From an uncultured Candidatus Saccharibacteria bacterium (lineage in GTDB: Bacteria; Patescibacteriota; Saccharimonadia; Saccharimonadales; 2-12-FULL-41-12), in NCBI GenBank assembly GCA_964521095.1, contig CAZFPJ010000002.1:21108-85107 (forward strand): a stretch of 64,000 nt of DNA. Direction: 5' to 3'. The position numbers and the translations under genes are program-made. Positions 62,017 to 64,000 of the stretch are shown piece after piece (within the stretch, counting starts at the first letter, position 1; each line of letters opens with the position of its first letter). The notes under the pieces are model-generated. The model saw only the letters and a list, made by a program, of their open reading frames with translations. It was not told where the DNA came from and did not search any database.

Positions 62017-62853
62017 ATGAAGAAGTATCTAGTATTTGCAGGCCTTGTTGTTGTCTTGGGTTTTGGCTTTAGGTTTTGGTCAGGTACGCCTTTTGGCATG
62101 AGCAGTTCAGGCGACGAGGACACAGTTAGTGCAGAGCCAAAATACTATAAAGCACCAGACATGTCGGCCTTTATCCAGCAGGTAAATCAGAGCATCAATG
62201 ATCGTAAAGACTTGCAAGTAGGTGTTTCGTTAATAAATCTAAATAATAACGAGCAAATTAACCTGGGCGTACAGGAGCCATTTGATGCTGCTAGCACTAA
62301 CAAACTAATCACTGTAGCCTACTTTTTAAGCCAGGTAGATGCGGGCAAGGAGTCCTTGAGTAGTAATATCCAAGGACAAACCTCAAAAAATTTAATTGAG
62401 AAAATGATAGTAAACAGCGATAACGATGCTTGGAAGATTATGAATGATCATCTGGATAGAGATAAGATTCAGGCCTATGCACAGTCTATGGGGCTTGGTA
62501 CATACTCTGTAAAAGACAATCGTATAACAGTGTCCGACGAGGCTAAGTTGCTTGCTAAAATCTATGATAAAGATTTATTGACCAAGTCTAGTCGAGATCT
62601 TGTGTTGTCTTTTATGAAACGCGCTGACAATAGAGACTACATCGTGGCTGGAGCGGGCGGGGCTGACAAGGTTTATCACAAATCTGGATATCTACGAGAT
62701 CGAGTACACGACGCAGCGATTATTGAAAACGGCCAAGAAAAATTTGTATTAGTTATATTTACCAAGTCTTCCGGAGACTATGATTTTATAGCTGGACAAA
62801 AGCTCTTCAAGAGTATAACTAGTAGCGCGCTTACAGTTTTTGCTCGAGGGTAG
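62017..62853 (+). CDS. Exported serine hydrolase of the class A beta-lactamase / PBP-like fold
   Basis: Signal/anchor sequence, SxxK (ASTNK), SDN (NSDND) and KSG (HKSGY) motifs in the canonical order. Confidence 0.72.
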   Translation: MKKYLVFAGLVVVLGFGFRFWSGTPFGMSSSGDEDTVSAEPKYYKAPDMSAFIQQVNQSINDRKDLQVGVSLINLNNNEQINLGVQEPFDAASTNKLITVAYFLSQVDAGKESLSSNIQGQTSKNLIEKMIVNSDNDAWKIMNDHLDRDKIQAYAQSMGLGTYSVKDNRITVSDEAKLLAKIYDKDLLTKSSRDLVLSFMKRADNRDYIVAGAGGADKVYHKSGYLRDRVHDAAIIENGQEKFVLVIFTKSSGDYDFIAGQKLFKSITSSALTVFARG

Positions 62854-63097
62854 CCAGTTTTTGTCTGGCAGAGACTAAGGCCACTGCTATCACGGTGCTA
62901 TAGATTAGTCCTCCGATGCAGGCGTGAGCCATTGTTGCTGGATGAAGTGCCACCAAGTAGACTCCGCTAGCAAGAGTTAGTGCTAGAAACGCATAATTTA
63001 GTCGAAGATTTTTGCCTGAAGGCTTAAAAAATGAGTAAGTAGCCAGCCCAACGCTAGCCAGTGCAATTATTATGTGTGCTAGTAATATCATAAACAT
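62831..63097 (-). CDS. Small 3-TM membrane protein (hypothetical)
   Basis: 88-aa hydrophobic ORF with a 23-nt convergent overlap with the preceding gene. Confidence 0.4.
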   Translation of the reverse strand: MFMILLAHIIIALASVGLATYSFFKPSGKNLRLNYAFLALTLASGVYLVALHPATMAHACIGGLIYSTVIAVALVSARQKLATLEQKL

Positions 63098-63178
63098 AAG
63101 TATATCAAGTTTTTACAACTTGGCTATAGAAGGCCGGTTGCACTTGGTCCATTAACCCGATATTATCTAGAGTAATAT

Positions 63179-63823
63179 ATGGGTAAAATCTTGAATAAAG
63201 AGTTATTGCACGCAGAGATAGCGTTGCTGGTGGCGATTATCTTGCAAATAGTCGTTTGGAAGACGAGCCACTACTTTTTTGGATCTCAGTATGTGATTAT
63301 TTTGGCCGAGATAGTTTTGATAGGAATCATCGCACTATTTGCTCGCATGAAGAATATGCACGACAGGGGTATTTATCGCTCTTCGGCTGTAGCTTTTTTG
63401 GGTCTTATATCTGTAGGTAATGTTAGTTCGCTAGCTATTGTGCTAAATGTCTTGATTGTAGGTAGTAGCAATATGACCGGCTTTGAGTTATTAAGCTCGG
63501 CAATTGCCATATTTTTGACCAATATCATCGTATTCTCTCTCTGGTATTGGGAGATAGACAGTCCAGGTTTAACTCGCAGGCGATGGTCAAAGGCCGACCA
63601 AGACTTTTTGTTTATCCAACAAGAGCGAAAAGTAGATCATCCAAAATGGCAACCAGAATATCTTGATTATTTATACCTTTCCATAACAAACGCCATCAAC
63701 TTTGCCCCGGCCGATACCAAGCCACTCACCAGAAATGCCAAGTTTCTGATGGGTACTCAGGCGCTAATATCTGTATTTACACTAGCACTAGTTGTTGCTC
63801 GTTCGGTCAGCATTTTGGGCTAA
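63179..63823 (+). CDS. DUF1345-like polytopic membrane protein
   Basis: The motifs NIIVFSLWYWEIDSPG and DYLYLSITNAINFAPAD match DUF1345 as I recall it. Confidence 0.55.
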   Translation: MGKILNKELLHAEIALLVAIILQIVVWKTSHYFFGSQYVIILAEIVLIGIIALFARMKNMHDRGIYRSSAVAFLGLISVGNVSSLAIVLNVLIVGSSNMTGFELLSSAIAIFLTNIIVFSLWYWEIDSPGLTRRRWSKADQDFLFIQQERKVDHPKWQPEYLDYLYLSITNAINFAPADTKPLTRNAKFLMGTQALISVFTLALVVARSVSILG

Positions 63824-63897
63824 AGTTTTTAAACTAGCGCTTTCTTGCAAAAAACCATAAGCGTAAACCTGTTTAAGGGTGCTATTATTGTTAGTAA

Positions 63898-64000
63898 ATG
63901 TCCCCCGAGATAGATAGAATACTTGAGAGCGCGGTGTCGCAAGGCATATCCCCTGAAGAGGCGGGTCGGCAGATGATTGCCCAGGGGATGCCAGAACAAC
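63898..64000 (+). CDS. Possible start of a further ORF (runs off window)
   Basis: ATG 63898 opens a frame reading MSPEIDRILESAVSQGISPEEAGRQMIAQGMPEQ to the window end. No further support. Confidence 0.25.
   Translation, partial: MSPEIDRILESAVSQGISPEEAGRQMIAQGMPEQ

Overview
This 64-kb chromosomal window spans the replication origin of a compact, moderately AT-rich bacterial genome. The organism may be a Patescibacteria/CPR (Saccharibacteria-like) lineage. That guess is inference only, based on gene style: dense overlapping genes, Gram-positive-type envelope functions and many anchored low-complexity surface proteins.

Layout:
- 1-6.1 kb: recF-dnaN-dnaA on the minus strand, diverging from rpmH-rnpA-yidC-jag. 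DnaA-box clusters lie on both sides of dnaA.
- About 6.5-44.3 kb: a very large cell-envelope glycan region.
  - Transferases: GT1/GT4, GT2 and WsaF-like glycosyltransferases, plus a WbaP-like initiating phosphotransferase and UppP.
  - Export: a Wzm/Wzt ABC exporter followed by a coiled-coil methyltransferase.
  - Membrane proteins: an O-antigen-ligase-family protein and a GtrB/GtrA/DUF2142 set.
  - Sugar supply: an aminosugar cassette (DegT aminotransferase, Gfo/Idh/MocA oxidoreductase, ATP-grasp ligase, SDR, HAD, methyltransferase), the dTDP-rhamnose genes rfbBCDA, and glmS.
- 44.3-64 kb: housekeeping and transport genes, including a CPA2 antiporter, DsbA, MscS, TsaC, a Mur ligase, an ABC-2 exporter, HIT, Dus, an HxlR/FMN-reductase pair, one tRNA(CAU), FtsB/DivIC and a beta-lactamase-like hydrolase.

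Most notable observations:
1. A compact cobalamin-riboswitch-like RNA sits in front of an unassignable 384-aa zinc-ribbon protein.
2. The rfb operon is interrupted by three small selfish-type genes (GIY-YIG, DUF2283, DUF4258).
3. The rfb operon also carries a 110-bp insertion scar with a perfect 25-bp direct repeat that duplicates the rfbB 3' end.
4. Two paralogous PIN/antitoxin pairs lie at the two ends of the glycan region. Both have near-leaderless promoters and related CTTAG operators.
5. The aminosugar cassette has an ATP-grasp ligase where an N-acyltransferase would be expected.

I saw no rRNA, CRISPR array, transposase or integrase. All family assignments come from motif recognition by eye. 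No database search was run.
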